NCBI GenBank assembly: GCA_002269645.1
Contig: NIVC01000001.1
Location: 1,798,001 to 1,862,000, forward strand
DNA: 64,000 nucleotides
From: Macrostomum lignano
Taxonomy: Eukaryota
Direction of reading: 5' to 3'
Positions 42,592 through 54,132 of this stretch are shown here, one piece after another. Below the pieces are notes generated by a model. That model had not been told where the DNA came from. It was given only the letters and a program-made list of their open reading frames with translations, and made no database searches. Each line of letters opens with the position of its first letter. Position 1 is the first letter of the stretch. The translations under genes and the position numbers were made by a program.

Positions 42592-45320
42592 TAGGGGGCG
42601 ACCGGGACGGCCAAAGTCGGGCCCGGGTCGGGCCCGGGAATGAGGACTCGGGCCCGGGTCGGGCCTCGGGAATTCGGGACAAGATCTTTAGGACAGCTCA
42701 ATAATTGGAAAAAAATCATAATAAATCTTAATACTTTTAGCATATGCGGATTACTATTAAATATATAATAAATATATCAATATATTAAATTTAATATAAT
42801 ATATTAAATGTATAATAAATATATGATAAACATTAAATATATTATAATATATAAATATATTAAATATATAATAATATATAAATATAATAAATATAATATA
42901 TTATATTAAATATAATAAATATTTAAATTTAAATATAATAAATATACAATAAATATTATTATTATTTAATACATTAGTTAAGACTTCAGAATAAGATAAG
43001 AGTTACATTAAAAGACTTAATACTCAAATATCAATATACTCAATAGTTCAAATTCAATGTCACTGTGTGAGTGTGTGGCACAAGTACTGTGTGTGTGCCA
43101 GTGACAGTGATACTAACAAGCAGTGAGGTAGGCAAGCAGTCACTGCGGCAGTGCGGCTGGCACTGGCAGTGGCAGTAAGCAAAAGAAGAAAAGCTGAAGC
43201 ATTAAGTGTAAGGCACTTGGCATTGGAAGCAGTAAGGAAGTAAGAACCAAATCAATTGATTGATTCTTTTATTTGAATTTTTAGTTCCTTTACATAGCTT
43301 CAATGTAAAGAGCCATGTACACAGTCAGTATTCAGTAAGACAACAAGACAAGATAACAGAACAGAACACAAGTGAAGTGACAACACAACACAACACTCAA
43401 CTGTCTCAACAGAACAGGCAAACAGACAATGGAAATACAAGTAATTAGCTGATACCTGCCTACCTGCTCACCTACCTACTTAAACGAATATGATTACGAA
43501 TACGATACTACAAGTCTACGACTACGACTACCTACGATACAAATATGAACACGATTACAAACTCTAATAGATAGCAAACTTCTTGGAAAAATGGTAGCCT
43601 TCTTGGAATGTAAATAGGAAATGTTATTTACAAAAGCTTAAAAATGACAAATAAACTTTTTAAAGAATCATATTTTTGCTTTTAGGCTGCAGCCTGCAGC
43701 GTGTAAAGTGGAATCAATATTGCAAAAAAGTATTGCAAAACTATGTTTTAATTTTATCTTCCTGGAAAAAAATCCGATCTTCCTGGAAAGTGGAAACTGG
43801 CTGTGGCTGACGCTCACGGTCACAGACGCTCACGCTAAGAGCCTACTACGAATCAATGATATTGCTACTTCACATCATATCATCTAAATATACTAAATCT
43901 ATTACTATTACTGATGCGATGCTTAACTGAGTGTTGTGCTGTCCTGATCCTGAGTCCTGAGTCCTGACCACTGACCTGACATGACGGATGACGAGGAAAT
44001 GATTATTGATTAGAGTACACTACACTACACTGTATAATTCTAACGAAAGTGACAGTAATAATTACTCGATACTTATAGCACTAGCCTAGCAGTGATTTTT
44101 AGCACTCCGTCTGTAGTCCGTCACTTACGGAGTCACGATCACGACTCACGAGTCACTACACAATCACGAGTCACCGTCACGGTCAAAACAAAACTCGCGA
44201 ATCACGAATCAGTCACAAGTCACGACTCACGCCTCAGACACGACACGACTCCACTCCACGAGCCCAGAAAGTTCAAAGTCCAGTCCAGTCCACCCTCGGG
44301 CCTCGGCCTCCACTCAACTTCTCTTCTCCACTCCAGGAGTCCAGACGAAACGAAAGTGATAAAAAAGGAAAAAGTCAAAACTCAGAAGTCAGTAATCTTT
44401 TACGATGTCAATTTCAATAAATCGGTATCAGATATGATATCACTATCAGTCTATCAGTATTACATATATATATATACATATATCTATATTGTATGTATAT
44501 TGTATGATATGTATCATCAATTTTGAACAGTATGTAATTTTATTGTCGTACATGTACACTCGAAAATTCGAATCTGACTGTTTAGTTAAGTGAGTGGGTT
44601 ACTTGACTCAAGCTCGAGTGGGAGTCAGGACTCAGGACAGGAGTCCAGCTGTCCAAGACTCAGGACGGTGACGGAACGGGAACGGGAGTCGGCATTGGCA
44701 CTCTGACTTGGCAGCCTGGACCTGGACTGGACATCGGGAATCGGGATGGGAGCAGCACCAGACATCACCGAACTTCACGGACAGCCGGGGCAGGGCAGAC
44801 AGGCTTGAGCTTGACTGACACCAGTCACCAGTGACAGTGAGTGACCGACAGCTTCATAGAATCACAGACCGCTCACAGTCAGGTCAGGTGAGGTCGAGGT
44901 GTGTGTGTATTAACCTACGGCTCGGGTCCCAGCCCGCCGAGGAAGGTCGACTCCAGGAAGGTGGACGTCTCAATTGGGTTGTTCCAAAGGTCACTAGGGC
45001 AGAGCGGCGTCGGATAGACAGGGCAGTCGAATCGTGAGGTCGAGGTGAGGTCAGTGACCGACCAGAGACAGAGATGCCTCATGCAGTCATGCCTTGCAGT
45101 TGCAGTTGCATTTTCCTGGGGCATGCATTAAGGGTAAATTAGTGTGAATGTGTTGAAAAATAATTTTTTCTTATTCGCACGCGGTTAGTGCCTTTAGGGA
45201 AAAAAGACTTGTCCCGATTTCCCGACTTTTTTAGGTTCGGGCCCGGGCCCGGGTCGGGCCACGATTTTGGTCGGGATTCCCGACTTTTCGGGCCCGGGCC
45301 CGGGACTGGGTCGCCCCCTA
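42592..45320. mobile_element. Non-autonomous hAT-like DNA transposon (2729 bp)
   Basis: TIR TAGGGGGCGACC...GGTCGCCCCCTA. Perfect 8-bp TSD gtttaggc (42584-42591 and 45321-45328). Subterminal GGGCCCGGG/TCGGG repeats at both ends. No transposase ORF. Confidence 0.93.
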
Positions 45321-45729
45321 GTTTAGGCATATAATAACGATTGCCCGCACTCATACACACGCTCACACAGGATATACAACGGCGGATGTACAACTTTGTA
45401 ATCGGTCAGGCATGTACACTTCAGTGCCTTGGGGGCTGGCCCTGATGGGTGTGAACAGGACAACCCCTGAGCCAATGTTAATAGACTAAAGCATGTAAAA
45501 GTATTAAGGCCAAGATGAAACTAGACAAATATGAAACTTTTCTTACTAATCCAAGGCATGACAATGAAGTTTATTTCAATCTATTATTTACTCAATTGAA
45601 ATTCACACAAAAGTCAGCAAAGAGTGCAAGCAGATTAAATATCTACCTGAATGCATGAAAAATGGCATTAAAAGTAGGTTAAGCTAACGTTCTCTAAATA
45701 GGTCACTCGGTGTCTAGATTAAACCAGAA

Positions 45730-47310
45730 TTCGGTGACCCAATTTTAGGCTACAACCAGACCTCGGTGACCCAGTTCTAGGCTACAAACAGAACTCCGTG
45801 ACCCAATTCTAGGCTACAACCAGACCTCGGTGACCCAGTTCTAGGCTACAAACAGAACTCCGTGACCCAATTCTAGGCTACAACCAGACCTCGGTGACCC
45901 AGTTCTAGGCTACAAACAGAACTCCGTGACCCAATTCTAGGCTACAACCAGACCTCGGTGACCCAGTTCTAGGCTACAAACAGAACTCCGTGACCCAATT
46001 CTAGGCTACAACCAGACCTCGGTGACCCAGTTCTAGGCTACAAACAGAACTCCGTGACCCAATTCTAGGCTACAACCAGACCTCGGTGACCCAGTTCTAG
46101 GCTACAAACAGAACTCCGTGACCCAATTCTAGGCTACAACCAGACCTCGGTGACCCAGTTCTAGGCTACAAACAGAACTCCGTGACCCAATTCTAGGCTA
46201 CAACCAGACCTCGGTGACCCAATTCTAGGCTACAACCAGACCTCGGTGACCTAATTCTAGGCTACAAACAGAACTTGGTGACCTAATTCTAGGCTACAAA
46301 CAGAACTCGGTGACCTAAGTCTAGGCTACAACCAGACCTCGGTGACCCAGTTCTAGGCTACAAACAGAACTCCGTGACCCAATTCTAGGCTACAACCAGA
46401 CCTCGGTGACCCAGTTCTAGGCTACAAACAGAACTCCGTGACCCAATTCTAGGCTACAACCAGACCTCGGTGACCCAGTTCTAGGCTACAAACAGAACTC
46501 CGTGACCCAATTCTAGGCTACAACCAGACCTCGGTGACCCAATTCTAGGCTACAAACAGAACTCCGTGACCCAATTCTAGGCTACAACCAGACCTCGGTG
46601 ACCTAATTCTAGGCTACAAACAGAACTTGGTGACCTAATTCTAGGCTACAAACAGAACTCCGTGAACTAATTCTAGGCTACAAACAGAACTCGGTGACCT
46701 AATTCTAGGCTACAAACAGAACTCCGTGAACTAATTCTAGGCTACAAACAGAACTCGGTGACCTAAGTCTAGGCTACAAACAGAACTCGGTGACCTAATT
46801 CTAGGCTACAAACAGAACTTGGTGACCTAATTCTAGGCTACAAACAGAACTCGGTGACCTAAGTCTAGGCTACAAACAGAACTCGGTGACCTAATTCTAG
46901 GCTACAAACAGAACTCCGTGAACTAATTCTAGGCTACAAACAGAACTCGGTGACCTAAGTCTAGGCTACAAACAGAACTCCGTGACCTAATTCTAGGCTA
47001 CAAACAGAACTCCGTGACCTAATTCTAGGCTACAAACAGAACTCCGTGACCTAATTCTAGGCTACAAAGAGAACTCGGTGACCTAATTTTAGGCTACAAA
47101 CAGAACTCGGTGACCTAATTCTAGGCTACAAACAGAACTTGGTGACCTAATTCTAGGCTACAAACAGAACTCGGTGACCTAATTCTAGGCTACAAACAGA
47201 ACTCGGTGACCTAATTCTAGGCTACAAACAGAACTCCGTGACCTAATTCTAGGCTAAAAACAGACCTCGGTGACCTAATTCTAGGCTACAAACAGAACTC
47301 GGTGACTTTA
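45730..47310. repeat. 32-bp minisatellite (ggtgacccaattctaggctacaaacagaactc) with a 64-bp dimeric higher-order segment
   Basis: Alternating A/B units to ~46.6 kb, monomeric variants after that. Confidence 0.97.
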
Positions 47311-47377
47311 ATAAGGACATTTAACACGGTAGCAACTACTTAGATTTCTACGATAAATAAAGCAACCAAAAATTCGA

Positions 47378-50300
47378 TCAAGATTTAGGTTTGGAGTCTG
47401 TGCCGCCGCCGCCGCCGTCCTTCTCCATAACGGAGCCAAGGTCGCGCAAGCTGACAGATGCGGACCCCCGCCTTGCCGGCTTCTGCTGGGAATGGTGCGG
47501 CTTCCAGCCAATAAAGTTTACAAACTGAAACGTGGCCGGCACGCTGCGCCGCCGATGACCTTCGCTGTCCTCCTCACCGTCCTCGCCGCCGTACATGAAA
47601 TCGTAGATAGCCGCGGCAGCCGTGAGCACGTCTCTATTAAGCCGCAGCGGCCGGTTCCAAGCCGCGTTGGTTTCGCCCATTGCTCGCAGATCCGTGAGCA
47701 GGTCGTGCACAGACGGATAGCGGACCACAATTTCGTCCACGTCTATTGAGACCAGCGCGTAGCCGCAGTTCTGCATCAGGGCGCCCAGATCGGCGTTGCT
47801 GGTGAAGGGCGACACGTGCGGAGCGAAGCCGCCGAGCCGCTCCTGCTCAGCCAGCTGAAGGGAGCAGCGCAGCTCGTACAGCGAGTCGCCGCCGAGGGTG
47901 CTGCCGAGCAGGCAGCCGTCCGGCTTGAGGGCGCGAAGGATTTCACTGAGGGGATTCAGCGGAACTGGCGTGAGCGTGTTGTCTGGTGAATTGGACTGGG
48001 TTAGATTGGACTGGGTTGGATTGGATTGGATTAGATTAGACTCGGTTAGATTGGACTGGGTTGGATTGGATTGGATTAGATTGGACTGGGTTGGACTGGA
48101 CTGGGTTGGGTAGGATTGAACTGGATTAGATAGGATTGGATTAGATTGGACTGGGTTAGATTGGACTGGATTGGATTGGATTGGATTAGATTGGACTGGG
48201 TTGGATTGGACTGGGTTGGGTAGGATTGAACTGGATTAGATTGGATTGGATTAGATTGGATTGGATTAGATTGGACTGGGTTAGGTTGGATTGGATTGGA
48301 TTAGATTGGACTGGGTTGGATTGGACTGGGTTGGGTAGGATTGAACTGGATTAGATTGGATTGGATTAGATTAGACTGGGTTAGATTGGACTGGGTTGGA
48401 TTGGATTGGATTAGATTGGACTGGGTTGGATTGGACTGGGTTGGGTAGGATTGAACTGGATTAGATAGGATTGGATTAGATTGGACTGGGTTAGATTGGA
48501 CTGGATTGGATTGGATTGGATTAGATTGGACTGGGTTGGATTGGACTGGGTTGGGTAGGATTAAACTGGATTAGATTGGATTGGATTAGATTAGACTGGG
48601 TTAGATTGCACTGGGTTGGATTGGATTGGATTAGATTGGACTGGGTTGGATTGGACTGGGTTGGGTAGGATTGAACTGGATTAGATTGGATTGGATTAGA
48701 TTGGACTGGGTTAGATTGGACTGGGTTGAATTGGATTGGATTAGATTGGACTGGGTTGGATTGGAATGGATTAGATTGGACTGGGTTAGATTGGATTGGA
48801 TTAGATTGGATTGGGTTGGATTGGATTGGATTAGATTGGACTGGGTTGGATTGGATTGGATTAGATTGGACTGGGTTGGATTGGATTGGGTTGGATTGGA
48901 CTGGGTTGGATTGGAATGGATTAGATTGGACTGGGTTGGATTGGATTGGATTAGATTGGACTGGGTTGGATTGGATTGGGTTGGATTGGACTGGGTTGGA
49001 TTGGAATGGATTAGATTGGACTGAGTTGGATTGGATTGGATTAGATTGGACTGGGTTAGATTGGATTGGGTTGGATTGGATTAAGTTGGATTGGACCCAA
49101 CCCCAAACAATAAAAAAATATTTCAAAGCAACCAACCCACTAACACTTTGCGCTCACCGAGAGAAAAATCCAGGCAAGTCGTTAATCCAGTGCAAGCTGT
49201 AATCGATTGATAAACACAACATGAATATTAAAAAACGAAATAACAAGTCTCCAGATTCATTAGGCAAGTTTCAACCCCCACCTCATGCTGCTAACAACCA
49301 AATCCAATGAGTTTTCGGCGAACGGAAAGAAATTCTCTCCCTCAATCAGGACATTGTGAGTGGGAACTTCGGGCGACTTCTCCGCCGTCTCCAGCGCCTC
49401 CGGCAGCCAGTCGCACTGGTAGATCCGCTTGGCCATGTCCGCCGTGATGTGCTTGGCGATGTGCCCGGAGTCGCAGCCGTAGTCGACTATGACACCGAAA
49501 TCGCTGCAGTTGGATAGCGAGTGAGATAGGGGTTGGCCAGATTAGCAATCCATTCTATTCCTGCTCCCACATTGACTAGATTAGCAATCCATTCTATTCC
49601 TGCTCCCACATTGACTAGATTAGCAATCCATTCTGTTCCTGCTCCCACATTGACTAGATTAGCAATCCATTCTATTCCTGCTCCCACATTGACTAGATTA
49701 GCAATCCATTCTATTCCTGCTCCCACATTGACTAGATTAGCAATCCATTCTGTTCCTGCTCCCACATTGACTAGATTAGCAATCCATTCTATTCCTGCTC
49801 CCACATTGACTAGATTAGCAATCCATTCTATTCCTGCTCCCACATTGACTAGATTAGCAATCCATTCTGTTCCTGCTCCCACATTGACTAGATTAGCAAT
49901 CCATTCTATTCCTGCTCCCACATTGACTAGATTAGCAATCCATTCTATTCCTGCTCCCACATTGACTAGATTAGCAATCCATTCTATTCCTGCTCCCACA
50001 TTGACTAGATTAGCAATCCCTCACCGTTTAATATCGCAGATTCTGTCGAAGGTGCGCCAGCCAATCTCCTCGCGCAGGTAGCCGCAGCACTGCCGCTCCG
50101 GCCGCAGGAGGCCCCGCCGCCGCTGTAGCAGCTTCGCCCGCCTGTCGAAGACGTTCATCACCGAGGTCGAGGAGGAAGGAACCGACGCAGATGTCGCAAT
50201 GCCGACGTCATCGGCGCTGCCCGTTAAAGATGCCGAAGACAGTCGGGCTGCAGCAGCTCGGGCTGCGCGTCGGTGGCAGCAGGCGACCAAAAATGCTGCC

Positions 50301-50971
50301 GGGCTGCCGCTACCGCTGATGAAGCCAAACAGCGGGTGGAGATGAAGCTCGAGGCTTGTTACTGAGGCTGGGCGGCCGCTAAGCTTCAGTGCCTGCCGCT
50401 ACCCCCCCCCCTATTGTAGCTTCAGTGCCTGCCGCTACCCCCCCCCCCCTATTGTAGCTTCAGTGCCTGCCGTTACCCCCCCCCCTATTGTAGCTTCAGT
50501 GCCTACCGCTACCCCCCCCCCTTGTAGCTTCAGTGCCTGCCGCTACCCCCCCCCTTGTAGCTTCAGTGCCTGCCGCTACCCCCCCCCCCTATTGTAGCTT
50601 CAGTGCCTGCCGCTACCCCCCCCCTTGTAGCTTCAGTGCCTGCCGCTACCCCCCCCTATTGTAGCTTCAGTGCCTGCCGCTACCCCCCCCTATTGTAGCT
50701 TCAGTGCCTGCCGCTACCCCCCCCTATTGTAGCTTCAGTGCCTGCCGCTACCCCCCCCTATTGTAGCTTCAGTGCCTGCCGTTACCCCCCCCCCTATTGT
50801 AGCTTCAGTGCCTGCCGCTACCCCCCCTTATTGTAGCTTCAGTGCCTGCCGCTACCCCCCCCTATTGTAGCTTCAGTGCCTGCCGCTACCCCCCCCCCTA
50901 TTGTAGCTTCAGTGCCTGCCGCTACCCCCCCCCCCTATTGTAGCTTCAGTGCCTGCCACTACCCTCCTCAT
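47378..50971 (-). CDS. NDUFAF5: Arginine hydroxylase NDUFAF5 (complex I assembly factor, SAM-methyltransferase fold)
   Basis: Exons (50971-50963 tentative), 50398-50025, 49503-49282, 49196-49158 and 47945-47378, phase-consistent. NVFDRRAKLLQR, YLREEIG, DLVVSSMSLHWINDLPG, LKPDGCLLGSTLGGDSLYELRCSLQLAEQERLGGFAPHVSPF, VPATFQFVNFIGWKPHHSQQKPARRGSA. Confidence 0.95.
47990..49100. repeat. Pentamer-based satellite (GGATT/AGATT/GGACT/GGGTT) in an NDUFAF5 intron
   Basis: Directly visible. Confidence 0.96.
49537..50019. repeat. 39-bp near-perfect minisatellite (gattagcaatccattctattcctgctcccacattgacta) in an NDUFAF5 intron
   Basis: About 12 visible units. Confidence 0.97.
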
Positions 50972-50977
50972 TGTAGC
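50385..50977. repeat. ~33-bp minisatellite with variable poly-C (cttcagtgcctgccgctaccccccctattgtag) spanning the putative NDUFAF5 intron 1
   Basis: Visible units that overlap both proposed splice sites. Confidence 0.95.
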
Positions 50978-51299
50978 TCCAAATTGCAATACTGCAAAAA
51001 TTGAGTTTAAAACGATAGCGATTGCTCACGAACGGATTGCTCGGAATATAATTCATAATGAATAACACAAATTACAGTCTACTGTTTAATTCTCAAGCCA
51101 TACAGAAGTGTGGGGCTGTGTAAAACTAAGAAAGAAGGAAACGAGTAACAAAAACAAGTTTGAACAAATCGGACGATATTTTGTTCAAACCGTAATTTAC
51201 TGTACTTGTTGGCATCAAAAGTAGATATTCTTTTTGAAACGCAAAATTTATTAAAAAGTAAAAATTAAAACCGCATCTTTTTGGTGGGCGCCGAAAATA

Positions 51300-52090
51300 A
51301 GTATAATTAGGGGCAGGTGTTAAGGGCGGGTAATTAGGGTGACAGTGTTCAAGGTGAGTAACTAGGGGCGGGTGTTTAAAGTGAGTAATTAGGGGTGGGT
51401 GGTCATGGTTAGTAATTAGGGGTGGGTGTTCATGGTGAGTAATTAGGGGTGGGTGTTCATGGTGAGTAATTAGGGGTGGGTGTTCATGGTGAGTAATTAG
51501 GGTGGGTGTTCATGGTGAGTAATTAGGGGTGGGTGTTCATGGTTAGTAATTAGGGGTGGGTGTTCATGGTTAGTAATTAGGGGTGGGTGTTCATGGTGAG
51601 TAATTAGGGGTGGGTGGTCATGGTTAGTAATTAGGGGTGGGTGTTCATGGTGAGTAATTAGGGGTGGGTGTTCATGGTGAGTAATTAGGGGTGGGTGTTC
51701 ATGGTGAGTAATTAGGGGTGGGTGGTCATGGTAAGTAATTAGGGGTGGTGTTCATGGTAATTAGGGGTGGGTGGTCATGGTTAGTAATTAGGGGTGGGTG
51801 TTCATGGTTAGTAATTAGGGGTGGGTGTTCATGGTTAGTAATTAGGGGTGGGTGTTCATGGTGAGTAATTAGGGGTGGGTGGTCATGGTAAGTAATTAGG
51901 GGTGGTGTTCATGGTAATTAGGGGTGGGTGTTCATGGTGAGTAATTAGGGTGGGTGGTCATGGTAAGTAATTAGGGGTGGTGTTCATGGTATTTAGGGGT
52001 GGGTGTTCATGGTAAGTAATTAGGGGTGGGTATTCAAGGTGAGTAATTAGGGGTGGGTGCTCAAAGTGAGTAATTAGGGGTGGTTGTTCA
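51300..52090. repeat. 27-bp G-rich minisatellite (gtaattaggggtgggtgttcatggtga)
   Basis: Visible units. Confidence 0.95.
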
Positions 52091-52744
52091 ATGTTACTAA
52101 TTAAATGTCACGACAGCCAATACAAGCCACGACAGTATCATTAAGAAACAAGCAGAAACAAAGGACTTCCAAAAGGTAGTGAATCACAGCAGCTGATATA
52201 GAGCAGTCTATTTCTTAATTTATTTGCTAAATAGAGGTGCACAATTTTGAACGTAATAAACAATGAATGTGTTTTAAACCAGCATTTACTAATATTATTG
52301 ATTCTATAAATAAAAAAGCATGTTAGACAGGTATAAGTATAAATAAGTCAAGGAAAAAGACGAAGCAAACCAGAAAACGAAAACCAAGAATTAATTTGTG
52401 CCGTCAAAGCCGAGCATTGTAAAAGAAGTATCATATAAACAGAACATTGCTATTTGATTCTAGAGAAGTGAAAATGTCCAATGATTAAACATAAGTGCCT
52501 CCGCGATAGGCATGTCAAGGGGTCCTTTTATTTCAAAGTTTATATCCGGTCATGAGTGAGGACAAACTGCAATTATAAGTAGAAAAATCAAACTACCAGC
52601 GCGTATTGGCACATCACTATATTGGATTCTCGGTGGTAAATAAGGCGGCGACAGGAGAGAACTGGCTAAAACATTCAAAACAAACTGCAGGCAATTGAAG
52701 CGGTAACACTTTGGCAATTAGAAGATTGCTGTTAAAGCTTAGCG

Positions 52745-53070
52745 GCTCAGCAACTGAGGATCTGGGAGGCTGGCCCAGCAACTGAGGATCTGGCCCAGCA
52801 ATTGAGGATCTGGAAGGCTGGCCCAGCAACTGAGGATCTGGCCCAGCAATTGAGGATCTGGGAGGCTGGCCCAGCAACTGAGGATCTGGCCCAGCAATTG
52901 AGGATCTGGCCCAGCAACAGAGGATTTGGGAGACTGGCCCAGCAACTGAGGAACTGGGAGGCTGGCCCAGCAACTGAGGATTTGGGAGGCTGGCCCAGCA
53001 ACTGATGATCTGGGAGGCTGGCCCAGCAACTGAGGAGCTGGGAGGCTGGCCCAGCAACTGAGGATCTGGG
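52745..53070 (-). repeat. 28-bp dispersed minisatellite family, copy 2 (reverse orientation)
   Basis: cccagcaactgaggatctgggaggctgg units. Confidence 0.95.
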
Positions 53071-53509
53071 AGGCCGGATGGCTGAATGCTGCATGACGAG
53101 CCGTGGCGTGGTTGATTAAAACAAAACCAACATCACTACATGCAGTTGTCAGTGAAAAACACAAACAGTAAACTAGTTCGGCAAAGCATATGGGCTTCAG
53201 AAGCTGTAACTGTATCGAACAGAAGCTTACAGCTAATTTATTATAGATAAGAAATCAGACCACAGCGGCACATTAGCTGAATGTAAGTCCGTGTGATGCT
53301 GAAAAAAGAAACATATTGCTTTGCAAAAACTGCTTAGCGTGACCAAAGGATACCAACAATATTTGTAGTAAAACTAACTATAACATAATGTAGTTTAAGG
53401 CTAACAGCAGTCGAAAGCCGCTAACTTGCCGCTAAAAGACACGGTTTAAAGAAATTATATTGTATATTTAAAGTGATGGCAAATGTAGTCTCAGGTCTGA
53501 GGGACAAAC

Positions 53510-54117
53510 TTATTGCCTGTCTCCCTTCATAGACACCCTGCTTGCTCCCTTCATAGACAACCTACCTGCTCCCTTCATAGACAGCCTGCTTGCTCCCTTC
53601 ATAAACAACCTACCTGCTCCTTTCATAGACAGCCTACTTGTTCCCTTCATAGACAGCCTGCTTGCTCCCTTCATAGACAGCCTGCTTGCTCCCTTCATAG
53701 ACAGCCTGCTTGCTCCCTTCATAGACAGCCTGCTTGCTCCCTTCATAGACAGCCTACTTGTTCCCTTCATAGACAGCCTGCTTGCTCCCTTCATAGACAG
53801 CCTACTTGTTCCCTTCATAGACAGCCTACTTGTTCCCTTCATAGACAGCCTGCTTGCTCCCTTCATAGACAGCCTACTTGTTCCCTTCATAGACAGCCTA
53901 CTTGTTCCCTTCATAGACAGCCTACTTGTTCCCTTCATAGACAGCCTACCTGCTCCCTTCATAGACAGCCTACCTGCTCCCTTCATAGACAGCCTGCTTG
54001 CTCCCTTCATAGACAGCCTGCTTGCTCCCTTCATAGACAGCCTGCTTGCTCCCTTCATAGACAGCCTACTTGTTCCCTTCATAGACAGCCTACCTGCTCC
54101 CTTCATAGACAGCCTAC
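53510..54117. repeat. 24-bp minisatellite (cccttcatagacagcctgcttgct) just downstream of the GMPPB stop
   Basis: Visible units. Confidence 0.96.
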
Positions 54118-54132
54118 TCAGACGCTGAGGTC

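Noticed and set aside
51300-52090. Interstitial telomere
   Set aside because: TTAGGG occurs only once per 27-bp unit, not as (TTAGGG)n.
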